A stretch of DNA of 64,000 bases from Octopus vulgaris (taxonomy: Eukaryota), in NCBI GenBank assembly GCA_951406725.2, contig OX597823.1, positions 13,826,001-13,890,000 of the forward strand, given 5' to 3'. Made by a program: the position numbers and the translations under genes. Position 1 is the stretch's first letter, and the number at the start of each line of letters is the position of its first letter. Under the pieces are notes generated by a model. The model searched no databases, was not told the DNA's origin, and saw only the letters and a program-made list of their open reading frames with translations. Shown piece by piece: positions 39,029 through 56,888 of this stretch.

Positions 39029-39031
<3 letters not shown>
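38236..39031 (-). mobile_element. R4/Dong-type LINE, 5'-truncated (family 2): CCHC knuckle and PD-(D/E)xK endonuclease, open 213-aa frame
   Basis: AAQDQSL..CRFC..ETIDHLVSGC..ILWDFPVNTDRTIKANRPDI..LIEVSVP..KLSKYKDL..VPVIVGALG..TAHILRKTL; (TAA)n at both ends. Confidence 0.92.
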
Positions 39032-39094
<63 letters not shown>

Positions 39095-41597
39095 AGTAAA
39101 CTGGATGGGTGGAAACCTTAATGTATGACAAATTAAATTGCCGTGTTTCGTTGTAGTTGTAGTTTTCATTGCGTTGAGATCGGCTTTAAATTTCATCTTC
39201 TCGCCCTTAATTAAATAAATACCAGCCCATTATTGGAATCAATATATTTTGCTGTTCTTTGTTTTGCTTTGTTTTCTCGCAAAATCTCTGGCGTTGTCTG
39301 TGTTACAAATGATTATTTACATACATAATATATAAGCCATTCCGATGATATATCACTAGAAAATATCATTCGGTTCATGCAGCTTATGTATCAAATGAAA
39401 GGAAACAAGATACAGAATATATCTCTCGAGATCTGATGGTGAGTCAATCAATGTAATTACAACGCAATTTAATAGAGTGGTTAATTATTTATATATAAAA
39501 CTGTTATAAATCCTCTCTAATCATATAATTGCTATCTTTTGACTATATACACGAGCTTTATGAATTTAAGATGTTAAGAATTATTCTATAAAGTAATAAG
39601 AAATGTGAAGCCGCTTAGATCTTCGAACTACCGACCATCTTTTGTGTGTTTATATGCAACATTCCGTTCCAATTTGATGAGTTTCCGATTGTTTTCATCG
39701 GTTTTATATTTGCATTCTTATATATCGCTAGACCGGAGTTGAATTTGCCAACGTACACACCATCCACTAAGTTTTACTAACAGAAAAATGGTTGATTTTT
39801 ATCTTTCTTACATCTCTCAAGACTTTTAGACAGAGTAAGTACATGGCTCTCAACTGAATGAAACACCATTGTGTTACAGGGTTAGTCACCACCAATATTA
39901 CTGCTGATCACTTCCAGTGGGATAGAATGGCGTAATGTGAAATATAAAAGCTTTGTTCAAAGACCGTACGCACCACTCAGTCCAAAATCGAATTCGCCAC
40001 TTGATATTCGTTAGCTTAATACCCTATACACTCGGCTACACGCTTTCACATGGTGTTGATAGTCCGTAGAATTGATGTTGTCATCGTAATAAATCATTGA
40101 GAATATATAGAATGCTGCCAAATAAGACATTCATAATAAACGATAGCACAAATCTCTCATCTATATTTGATGATTAGGTTACCCTCGATATTCGAAGTTC
40201 TTTCTTAAAGATAGATTTCGTTTTCTACATAATTTATTCTCATCACTGCTGTCTATAATTACTGCCCTTTCTTGGTTGTTCCAACTCAAAATATTTCTAA
40301 TTAATTCCATTATATTCGTTTCTTTCTCTATTTTTCTCCAGTTTGAGCGGCGATTTAACAAAGTTGTTTATGTTGGATAGCAATGTCTTTTGGAATTCTC
40401 TCCGATCCTCTGCGTTATGAGTTCAAATCCCACCGCGATAAACTTACTTTCTTTTCTTTTTAGGTTCGATAAGATTGAGTAGAAGGAATTGTTAAAATGG
40501 TCGGATGAGACTCTTGGATGCATCTGTTTCGTTTATCTGCATTCTGTATTGAAAATACATCATGTCGACAAAAACGACGACACTTCAGTCTGAAATTGCG
40601 ACCGATAGATTGTGTCAGCAATTTAAAAATACCGAAGAGGCAGCATCCTTGGTTCGATCGCTAGTTCAACGGCCACCATTGCCAACCCATACCAAAACTC
40701 TCAACCTCTTGTACTAACTAGATTACTTCTCATCCTTCAATGAAGAGATTTCGCTTACATAGCCCTTCTCTATATTTTTCTTTTGTAAACTCGCCTCAGC
40801 TGTATTTTGAAGGATCTTAAGCCGTGGGGATTTCTTTCGCATTTTTGTTTTAGTTTGCTTTTCTTTCTTTTCTTTTTCCTTTTTTTTTTTTGGCGGATGG
40901 GTGGGGGATCTTTTTTTTTTTTTTCAGAAATTGTGTTTTGTGGACCACATTATCAAATGTCCTCTTTTAAAATCGTATAGTGTTTAGCCTGCTATTTCTA
41001 ACAGACCACCCACCACAAGGAGGTCTCATTGGCCTTGACAGTTTCAATGCGTTCAGTTATTCGTTGTAATTCTCAATACACTCACTAACATCAATGGCAA
41101 CAAAAAGCTGAAATGTCTGTTATCTTCAACTTCCTGTATTAGTTAATCTGATAGTTAACCTTTATTTCCAACAAACAAACGGACTTCACAAACACTCTTA
41201 GAGTTCTTCGTATCACAACACCCAATATTTGCATCACCAGAAATGATCCAGAAAGGACCGCCCAGTAACTGAATAATCGAAAGATTATCCCATATCAACC
41301 ATTGACACAATCTATCCTGCTATCGAGGGAGTCTCTATGAAGTAGCTCCATCTACTAGAAATAACAACTCTTCGAATTGTATCCTCCGTCTTAAAATATG
41401 AGAGATTTGCATATACAGTATTTGTAAATAAAAAAAAAGTAAAAGGACTGTAATGCTTTTAATTATAGGCTAACCGGAGTAAACCTTCAGCAAATTCCAA
41501 CAACCCCTTCTTTTTGTGCTAATTCTATGTTGTTTATGTTTATTGTCCCCTTGGCCTCTATCAACCCATGAACCTTCATTCATGAATAGTTTAAATA

Positions 41598-41830
41598 TAT
41601 TCCTTTACTACCCACAAGGGGCTAAACACAGAGGGGACAAACAAGGACAGACAAACGGATTAAGTCGATTACATCGACCCCAGTGCGTAACTGGTACTTA
41701 ATTTATCGACCCCAAAAGGATGAAAGGCAAAGACGACCTCGGCGGAATTTGAACCCAGAACGTAATGACAGACGAAATACGGCTACGAATTTCGCCCGGC
41801 GTGCTAACGTTTCTGCCAGCTCACCGTCTT
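41598..41830 (-). mobile_element. Family C SINE monomer with 15-bp TSD (1 mismatch)
   Basis: tgaatagtttaaata at 41583-41597 and tgaacagtttaaata at 41831-41845. Confidence 0.9.
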
Positions 41831-41960
41831 TGAACAGTTTAAATAATCAACTTAACAGGCAACTGAAATAATCTTCCTAATTATGTCCTTGATTATTCCT
41901 CTCAATATTCTCATTCACAAAATCAATGCCAACTTTTGAATAACGCCAATTTGTTGATGC

Positions 41961-42394
41961 GGATCTTTTCGGTTTGAACGGCAGTTTTTTATAGCGGTGT
42001 CATATGAAATTGTCACCCATAATTATGACCCTAGAATCGATCTATTGTATTTCAATCTCTTTTAGGGTTAGGGTTAGGGTTAGTTAGGGTTAGGGGTGGG
42101 AGAAAGGTATCTTTTTTTTCTTCACAAATGTAAATATACCCAATCTGTTTCTTAATCGAGGGACATATTCATACGGCACAGAATGCTTTTTAACTCAATG
42201 GACGTCATTGGTTGGTTGAAATTCCAGAAATTGAAGAAAAAATAACAACAAATATCTTACAAACTATAGAATTTTCTCAATAAAGCCAAGAGAAAAAGAT
42301 GTTTTATAAACACATTCTACCAGTATACGAAGTTAAAAAATTTTCAGTTACCTAGAAATTATGTTAAAAACTGCCGTTCAAACCGAAAAGATCC
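41961..42394. mobile_element. MITE with 29-bp perfect TIRs (GG..CC), internal (TTAGGG)n and probable 8-bp TSD (Merlin-like)
   Basis: ggatcttttcggtttgaacggcagttttt / aaaaactgccgttcaaaccgaaaagatcc; flanks gttgatgc and gttcgtgc (6/8 match); TTAGGG run at 42062-42096. Confidence 0.85.
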
Positions 42395-42934
42395 GTTCGT
42401 GCTAATACGCATCTGTTTTCTTAATGTCGGCATTTTTATGTCAGTAAACTGAAGGAAAACAATGTTTGCGACGTCAGAGTTCCTGATGTCAGCAAATTTA
42501 AACATTAACATTTTTTTGTTGTCTACATTCATGATGTCAACCTTGTTGATTAATGCCAGTGTTGTACATGTCAATAACCTTATTGGCAGCCTTATTTTGC
42601 CCTACATTTAAAATATTCCACCAAGTAATTTCTTTTTACAGTATACAGCAAATTATACCAGCAAATGCTTACCACCTATTTTGACCTGTAATTCAACAAT
42701 TTCTACCCGCTAATGTCTACCTGTTATTTTGTCTAAACTTTAACTGATACCTCCGATGCCTTCTTTTTTATTAATAATGGATACAATAATGGATACAATA
42801 CATTTTAGTGGGTGGTATATAAACGACAAATTTGGACTTATTTTATCGAACTCAGAAAACTGATAAGTACTCAAATCCGGCTTAAAAGTATCATGAAAGT
42901 ATTGGGGATGGAGAAGTCGGGAATTGATTCAGTC

Positions 42935-42970
<36 letters not shown>

Positions 42971-42973
<3 letters not shown>

Positions 42974-43257
42974 ATAGAAATGGTAAGATAACAAAAGAAA
43001 GAAAGAGACCTCGATATTATGTAAATAGAGGAATTTATCTGTAAATGTAATATGTGACATTTATTCGGTAGCCATCATAAAACTCCGAGTTTCGGATGCC
43101 GAGGTGGAAATCTACGCCGCCAAAATAACAGTCATGTTTCATAGCATTTTTCCGATGGCCGGATAACTGAAAAGATGGCGGCTTGGATTTCCACCTCGGC
43201 ATCCGAAACTCGGAGTTTTATCATGGCTACCGAATAATTGTCACATATTACATTTAC

Positions 43258-43262
<5 letters not shown>
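42971..43262. mobile_element. Penelope-like foldback relic (arms ~43036-43122 and ~43176-43262) inside (TA)n
   Basis: The arms are reverse complements with few mismatches; a hammerhead-like motif overlaps the right arm; an empty paralogous site lies at 46126-46236. Confidence 0.8.
43162..43222 (+). ncRNA. Hammerhead-like motif with extended stem II
   Basis: GAUAA-CUGAAAA-GAUG(..22 nt..)CAUCc-GAAA-CUCGGAG-UU-UUAUC. Confidence 0.55.
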
Positions 43263-43318
<56 letters not shown>

Positions 43319-44399
43319 AGTGGTTACTGTATTAAGTCTTGCAATTCAACTGTAGTGCCCATATTTTCCAATATGTACATCAGAAATTCTACGGTAAGAA
43401 TATAATCAGTCTTATCGATTTATTACTTGCCCGATTACTTTTCGCTATGAATCCTGGTAGAATTAAGGGTAAGATCGATATCCCCTCTCCCCCATGAGAC
43501 TTGAACTCAGTGCGTAAATGGAAGGAAATAAACATTGCACGGCATTTTGCCCGACATCATTGGGATGTTTAGCACGCGATTCTTAAGTTCGTGGAATAGA
43601 GTTTCGAATTGGGCAGGGAGTTGTGTTTTCTTTTTAGAACCTAAATGAACGTAAGTAAATATTGTAAGGCGTTTCGCTCGACGTAGTTAGGGGCTTCCGC
43701 TCACGATTATAATTCTAGGTTATTGGTTCGATTTTCGGATCGAACAGCACGGCGCGTCTTTGAGCGTAGCGCTTCATTTCACTTCGCTCCTGCCCATCCA
43801 GGCTGAGAACGGGAGTGAGCATCACCTATGTGTTATTCCTGCGATGTCACAGATGTCATGTGTTATGCTCTTAATCACCTAAACACTCCGGAAATCCGGA
43901 TCTGTTTCAGCTTCATGAGCTTGTAAGTTTGAGGTCCGTATTAATTTTATTATTCATTTACCCGCCTCACCCCGCTGCCCGCCCAACGCTTTACCGATTC
44001 TACTTTCTACTGCCTGATGTAATACTGACGACATTACAAATAGTAAGTTACAGATAGAGAACGGAACACGAGCTTAATTTCAGGGATATATAAATCTTCA
44101 GCTCTGAACATAATTGATTAGAAACGAGGTAAAAGAAAAAAAAAAGTAACGAAAAAATGTTAAAAAATTCACATCAAACAAAGTATCATCATCGTCGTCA
44201 TCGCCACCTTCATCCTAACCATCCTAACCATCATTATCATCATCACAATTGTATTTTGTCATATGAATTTAATGTAACAGAAGAGATGTTTTTGAGGAAA
44301 TCTCTCTAAAAGAATGGCTTCTTCAGCATTCAAATGTATTCTGGTTTGGAGTAATTCTCCCAAACAACTTTTTTTTTCTTGTGTGCATGTAAATTATGC

Positions 44400-48230
<3,831 letters not shown>

Positions 48231-48894
48231 TAAACTTTTCCTCTGGTTTCCCATCAGTTTTTTTTTTCTTTCTTCATCTTTCGGTGTCTAGGGATTTTTT
48301 TCATCACTCATCATCATCACCATCTTCGCCATCACCGATAATACTAACGCCACCACCACTTATCAGCATCATCATTGTTATCATCATTATCATCAGCGTT
48401 GTTGTCATTATCATGTCGAAGTTGCAGCTTTGTATTTCGTATCTAGTGAATAGGAAAAAAATAAACAAATATACACACACACGCACACACACACTTACAC
48501 ACACACATTCGCTCTCTCACACACACATACACACACAAGCATGCACACACACGCACACATATACACACACACATACCCGCACCAACACACACACAGTAAC
48601 ACAGAAGAAGAAAAAATAAAACTAAATTGGAAATGAAGGCGTGTCCTAAGCTATTATATAACCCTACTTTCACTTTCGTTTCCTCATGTTATATGAAAAT
48701 ATAATATCATGCCAATCTATGAGAATGCTGACGTAACGATGCAGTGAGAGAGCAGCATTCTTGACAGTCTAGAAACAGCGGTCAATCTTCCCTCAAAAAT
48801 AATAACACTGTGTTACAAAAAGAATGGAAGAATTAGATCTTGTACTCACAGATAATTCTAAGTAACAATTAGTAACATTTCACGTAACATTGCT

Positions 48895-50175
<1,281 letters not shown>

Positions 50176-52042
50176 CGCTGATATGTGAGTATGTATATTG
50201 TCAATTGCTTATTGTTAAATCTTGGTGGATGAGAACCAAAAATTGATACTGGCTTTACTTGAGCTCCGAATATGCTACTGGTAGCCATTCTATTCCGTTC
50301 AATTCTTCACATCAACAAAATGAGAGCGTGCCAAATTGAAAACCAATGGCGACTTACAAGCTCAGGGCTGAATTCGTAAATGGTAGCTCAGATTTTAGCT
50401 ATATATGATCACTGCCAAAATACAGATATCTATCAGAACGAACCACGAAACAAGTGGCTAACGATGAGTGCAGATCAAAGCATTGAGAAAACTGACCACA
50501 CTAATTATGACAATTTACATAGATACGATAAAGCTGGCAGTTGGAGAATATGTGGAATTTGAGAAGAAACTATTGCCCGCGTTGTCCTTAGTCGTCAGGT
50601 CTAAGCCAAGGAAAAATACTTCTCTGCACATCAGACTTGAGGCTTTCATAGGTGTTGGGCTGAGAATCGTGCAGCTTTATTGTACAGTAATTGAAAACAG
50701 GTGACATAGGCGTCCAGGAAAAAAAGATGTCCGAGAATGACAGAGAGGACATTCTCTAGGATATGCCAAGCGGTGACTAGAAAGAGTAAGGACAAAATGA
50801 CATGTTCTATGCACCCTGATTTTCCAAATCCTTCTGAGACCAAGTATTTTGTTTATAATTTTGGGGTAGATAAAATAAACTACCATTCCACAGCAGTGAA
50901 TCGGTGAGGTTGTTAATTCATCACTATGAATGTCTTGTGATATTTGTAATATTCGTTCCGAATTCTTGAATATCCTACTTCATGTGCGGCCCGGTTTAAT
51001 ATCATAAATAAATCTTTGGGTGCATCGTGGATTTTACCGTTTCTCTTTGAAGCATTTCCTCCCTTTCTCTCATCAGTCTAGGAAGCCCTGAAACTAATAT
51101 AGGTTCATGGGTGTTACCCTTGCCTCTCTGACCAAACGGTAACAGAAAACAAAAAAAAATTAACAAGACAGGGAAATTCAGACTAATACGTCGGAAATTG
51201 TTATTAAGGACAATCAGAAATGGAAATTACTACAAATCAACGGATGAATCAAACAGACGTTAATGTATCTTTAAATGAAATTTAGAAATTATCCAGATAC
51301 AATGATCTTGAAATGGAAATTAGAATGCGGTGACTGAAAAGACAAACGATTTCTATAATGATACAATTGTTAAATCAAAGTTTCAATCTAGTACTGGGCT
51401 CAATTTAATTTATTAACTTTACCTCCTCAAACCAAGATGAAGCCTTGCGTTTATAAGGTTATTACCATTATTATCATCCTGTTGAGGGTACGAGTCCTCT
51501 GTTCAATCTGTTCTACCGGAGAATTTCATCGTCATTAAAATAGAGTAAATTTGGTTATAAATCTCTCTTCTCTTTATTTTACAGATAATTTTACACGAAT
51601 TTAGAAATTTTCTCAGAATGTCGTTGCCTTGACTCTCTACACGAAAAAGGTTTTTAAAATTCTTTTTACCGTTCCATACTTCACAATTCCGATTGAAAAT
51701 TTCCGCGATTTCAATCCCCAAATCTTTGAATTCGGAGAGTTTTTTTTTTTACCATCTTTACTGAGATATTACTTTGACTTCAGGAAGCCACATAATTTGG
51801 AGTATCTGATTCGGATCTCTTGTCACTTATAATGATGTCAAATCGGTCCCTCAACTTCCGATGCTTTTCATCCTTTCGTGGTCGATTAAAATAAAGTACT
51901 GATCAGCTACTCTGATCGATGTAAACGACTATTTCCTTTCCATCAAAATTATTGACCTTCTACTTAAATCAGAAACCATTATGAACAACGAAACTAATTG
52001 AAAAATAATTAACAGTCGACCGTTAACAATTGCCGCTAGATA

Positions 52043-52420
52043 TGCGCAGGAGTGGTTGTGTGGTAAGTAGCTTGCTAACCAACCACATGGTTCCGGGTTC
52101 AGTCCCACTGCGTGGCATCTTGGGCAAGTGTGTCCCGGGCCGACCAATGCCTTGTGAGTGGATTTGGTAGACGGAAACTGAAAGAAGCCTGTCGTATATA
52201 TGTATATATATATATATAAGTGTGTGTGTTTGTCCCCCTAGCATTGCTTGACAACCGATGGTGGTGTGTTTACGTTCCCGTCACTTAGCGGTTCGGCAAA
52301 AGAGACCGATAGAATAAGTACTGGGCTTACAAAGAATAAGTCCCAGGGTCGATTTGCTCGACTAAAGGCGGTGCTCCAGCATGGCCGCAGTCAAATGACT
52401 GAAACAAGTAAAAGAGAAAG
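52043..52420 (+). mobile_element. Family A SINE
   Basis: Homology to 30615-31003. Confidence 0.9.
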
Positions 52421-52786
52421 AATGTTACTATTGTCATCCGGCATTATATCGTCCTATACGTCCTTCGTTTTAAGATTAGGGGTCACCATCGTAAAGTTTG
52501 ACCATGTATCTGCTTATGTATGTACGTGCATGGATACCGGAAGGATCCACGCATGTATGTTTCCTCTCTCCACACCACTGATGCTGTCCAAAGGAAACTT
52601 CGCAGAATTATTCAAGTTATATAGCTTGGCCTCAATATCGTCATAGGTGTAGCTGTTAGAAAGAAGACAATCAGAAGAGAAGATACATTTCCTCCGACAC
52701 TCAAACAGCTCCACCAGTCCACCGCCATTGATTGATACTTTCTTATCGTCCCCAAAAGGATGAAAGTGAAGGATCGATACAAACAT

Positions 52787-52834
52787 TGGGTATTGACCCG
52801 ATGACGGGTCAATACCCAGAAACTCGAGTCCGTG
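52787..52834 (+). ncRNA. Hammerhead-like motif overlapping a perfect 14-bp hairpin
   Basis: CCGAUGA-cGGGU caau ACCCa-GAAA-CUCGAG-UC with palindromic ACUCGAGU and a GUC triplet. The upstream stem I strand is replaced by an inverted copy (tgggtattgacccg atga cgggtcaataccca). Confidence 0.5.
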
Positions 52835-53144
52835 TGTGTCATAAGTTGGAGACGGGAAGGATGGCTTCCATTTGCAAATACTGATAGGGCACAGAAAGTG
52901 TGTCTATAGCCAGCTGGAGGAGATGTCCTCCTGGGGCTACAAATTACAGTAGCATCCACCCTCAGGGGTTAGCCATATTTAAATGGCAAATATACGTCAC
53001 AGCGACAGATATTCGATCCAACGCTCTAATTACTCTGACAATTCGCCGTCTTTTAAGACTATCAGTGTTTGGTTTTAAAAATTTTGCTGCTGTTTCTAGC
53101 AGGACGAGTTCCAGCTTAGTGGCTCACTAGTTAACTGATGTGAT

Positions 53145-53440
53145 AGTGGTTTATCGGCAAAGATTGTATATCACATGACACAGTCTTCAGATCTTATTCG
53201 TATATAACTGGTTAAAGTTGAAGGTTGTGTGTGAGTTTATATCTTCAGGCTCCACTATATAGACATGGTTATAGATGAAGATTGTATGTCACATGACATT
53301 ATATATTCAGGCTTCACTCTCTTATAAGGGAGATTAAGAGTGAAGGTTCTGTATTACAATATCTTTAGGCCAATTATAAAAGAAGTGGCTATGGATTACG
53401 TTTGCAAATCACAAGATATTCTATACCTTCAGGCCACGCT
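53145..53440. repeat. Degenerate ~60-bp tandem repeat (about 5 units, alternating two types)
   Basis: Recurring aagattgtat(a/g)tcacatgaca / gaaggtt..tg and (c)ttcaggc motifs. Confidence 0.6.
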
Positions 53441-54301
53441 TATCACAAATTCTCAATCAGGTGGTGACAGTTAAATACGCAATTGATTGATAAAGGTTAC
53501 ACACTCGTCAATACGAAAACAGGGAATTTATGTAACAACAATACGGAAGACGAATGAAACAAAATAACATAAAACAAGCTAAAAAAAATAAATGAACATC
53601 TGTGAAACACTTAAAGCAATAATACTGATATATGGAATAGTACAAATCTAAACCATTTGATCTGCTATAATTAGAGCAGTGATAAGAGTGAAGAATGATA
53701 TAGAAAGTAATGTCAATAAAGATACAGAATCAAGAAACACTTGAAAATAAAAGTAGAATCACTACAAAAAAACATTAGATTTAGAACAGATTTTGTATTC
53801 ATAAAGCTGAAAAAATGAAGACAAATATGGATGCAGGTATAAAAGAGATGGAAGACAGATGGTATCTCAGTATGAAAGAGATTATACTAAACAAGCTAGA
53901 CGAGATGTTACATCAAAATGCCCTTGAAAATTACTAAAGAATACAAAAGCATGGTGAAAATCAGAGATACTTTAATACAGATAACGATGGCAATAAAACC
54001 AAGTATCAAAAATTCAATTACTTTCGGAAAGATATCTACAAAACGACAAATCAAATGAAAGGAAGCATTTAAAAAAAAAATTAGTCAAGAAGAAATGGCA
54101 ATGCCCATGACACTATACAGAGCCTCTGGGAATGGTGGGATCGACAGAGAAGGTATCTTCAAACTGGAGAACTGTTCTGAAATGCTTGCCACAGAATGAA
54201 CCCCACTTAAGTACCCAAGGTACAACGTGGTTGTATTAAACCAGGTGATCAGGTAATAAATAAAGTTTGCCATCCAAGCAAATTAGGACAGGATTTGAAT
54301 T

Positions 54302-54393
54302 CAGAATCTAAGGTGTGATGTTGGCGGGACTCCAAAAATGTTCCTGTTCTTTGAACATTTTTGTAGTTCCGCCAACCCACACCTTAGATTCTG
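54302..54393. repeat. 92-bp imperfect palindrome (mini foldback or MITE)
   Basis: cagaatctaaggtgtg..gttggcgg..caaaaatgttc / gaacatttttg..ccgccaac..cacaccttagattctg. Confidence 0.85.
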
Positions 54394-55096
54394 TCAGATA
54401 TAAACCTTGAGAACGAAGTTAAATTCTGTGTTAGTAGATGGTGGATGCTTGGATCAAATTCAGATTGAAAACCAATGATATTAGTGTCAAAAAGGAAGAA
54501 AGACGGGGAAAGATCCAACAGATCGAACATTGTTCTTTACTTGAGAACTTTTCGTAGAGTGAAATGTGTTTTAATTAAGGGAACCAAGGCCTTATGTCAT
54601 TCTTTTTGCTAATTCGGCCGAAAATAGCTGGCCTCTCAAAATTTGTGATTTGCGGGAGGGAACTAAAGGTGGTAAAGGGATTATGTGCCAGCTTATATCA
54701 TCGCTACTTACGGTGAATGGCCATAGAGAGTTGTAGGTCAAATGTCTAATATAGTCAAGGTTCGGTCAGCTGTGTCTCATTGAAACAGAAAATACCAACA
54801 TATAAATAGCAATTTTTATTACATAACCTAAATATTAGCATCAATTAACGCTTCCGGTTTAAAGTCAGCAACATTGTAATCACTAGTTTGTGAATGAAAC
54901 ATAATTAATTTCTCAGTGACGAAGCAGCCATTTTACCACTGCAAAATGTTATTCCGTAATTGCTCCATGACGTTTTTCATTCCATTTTCTATACATCAAG
55001 ATTAATTCTAATGTCGGATTTGATTTCCATACCATCTGTTTTCACATAAATTACATCAAAACTTTTTTATATTTTCATGTCTTACAATGGACTACT

Positions 55097-55350
55097 GTGA
55101 AGGCACATGGCCTAGTGGTTAGAGCAGCGGACTCGCGGTCGAGGGATCGCAGACCGAGTGATGTGTGTGTTTATGAGCGAAACACTTAAGCTCCACTCGG
55201 CTCCGGCAGAAGGTAATGGCGACTTCTCCTGCTGACGCTTTCGCCACAACTTTCTCTCACTCTTTCCTCCTGCATCCTGCAGCTCACCTGCCAAGGAAAT
55301 CGGGAAACCGGCCCTAATGAGCCAGGCATGGTTCGAGAAGGAACAAGCAA
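55097..55350 (+). mobile_element. SINE family B, tail variant 2, with internal deletions
   Basis: Homology to 15816-16108. Confidence 0.85.
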
Positions 55351-56094
55351 TTGACTAATAGTCATATTTTAATCATTACACGGCACTGAATACTGAGCAA
55401 TAATTCTACAAACATACATATGTGCGTCTGTATCTGTCTGCCTTTTAGTCGTGCATTTTAAACCCTCAGCTGCAAATTTTTTAATCCCAAAACGATTACA
55501 AACTGTGCCAAATTTTCTCCTGATACATTTAAAAATGATTTATATACATTCTAATATACTAAATCAAAGGACAGTTCAGCAGGCTTGCTCGCGAACGAGC
55601 GTGTCCGGTACGTTTACCCGTCATCAATTCATCAGAGAAAGTTCACATTACAAATTTTTTACATGATTTTTCAACTTCCAATAATTTTTCTCTTGTTTTT
55701 TTTTTTTTCGCTTTTTTCCCAATAAAATGCTTTTTAACTTTTTAACGGTGAGATACTATGGATATATTTTCTCGGGAAAATTTTCTTTGCGGTGAACTTT
55801 CCTAACGGTGAACATTCTTCACGGTGAATTGATGGCGTTAAACTCTCCTGCGATAAATTGATGGCGGTGAACTTAGCTGTAATCGCGAACGAATATGGCT
55901 TAGTAATATAGACCAAACTTTCGCTAATTGACTTAATGTCTATACAGTTGCGAGCAATCAATCATCCTTTTGGCACTTTCACTACCACTTTTGATCGTAT
56001 GGAAAATCAAGGACGTGACAATTGGAGAACGCGAGGGCTGCACTAGTACTCAGTAGGTACACATTTGCTGTTGAATAGGCCTGAAAATCCTTTT

Positions 56095-56303
56095 TTCCTC
56101 CAGGCACAAGACACGAAATTTTGGAGAAGGGGGACAATCGATTAAATCGACCCCAGTACGCAACTGGTACGTAATTTATCGACCCCGAAAGGAAGAAAGG
56201 CAAAGTCGACCTCGGCGGAATTTGAACTCAGAATGTAAAGACAGGCAAAATACCGCTGGGCATTTTGCCCGGCGTGCTAACGATTCTGCCAGCTTGGCGC
56301 TTT
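56095..56303 (-). mobile_element. Family C SINE monomer
   Basis: Core and head homology to the other family C copies. Confidence 0.85.
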
Positions 56304-56612
56304 GAATAGGCTTAAAATCGTGAAATGAAATACCTTATTCGAGAACACAATGTTCCATGCATTGCAGTTGTGGACTTGAATCTCCGATTGCGCTTTCAAT
56401 ACCATAATGTCTAAGCGATACGTTTTCGAATCAAACATGATCAGTCATTTACAACAGGTTACTACCAAAGCATGGCCGGCTACGGTCAATGGTTGATCGC
56501 CTACAATATCGCCTACAATGAGAAACTGGAGAAAAATACTGGAACCGAGGCGTACTCAGTGACGAAACAAAAAGGCAGAAATTCCACTCTGAAGTCCCAT
56601 CATGGGACTTCA

Positions 56613-56831
56613 GAAAAAAGAAAGAAAAAGAAAAACAGGAAAAAAATAGAAATAAAAGCAACAACAAGAACAGCAGCAACAGTATCAGCAACAATGACAA
56701 TCAAGCTGAGAGAGGAATATAATGGAAGAGAGGATTCTACTCGCAGACATTATGGTGATACTGACGGTGAAGAGGAGGAGGAGGAGGAGAGAAAATGATT
56801 GGTGAATAATATACTTCTTTATAAATGATAT

Positions 56832-56888
<57 letters not shown>

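Noticed and set aside
38390-39031. Host nuclease or zinc-finger gene
   Set aside because: It is the C-terminus of an R4/Dong retrotransposon; the ATG is formed at the junction with (TAA)n and the RT domain is absent.
42062-42096. Telomere or chromosome fusion site
   Set aside because: Only about five TTAGGG units, located inside a TIR-bounded MITE.
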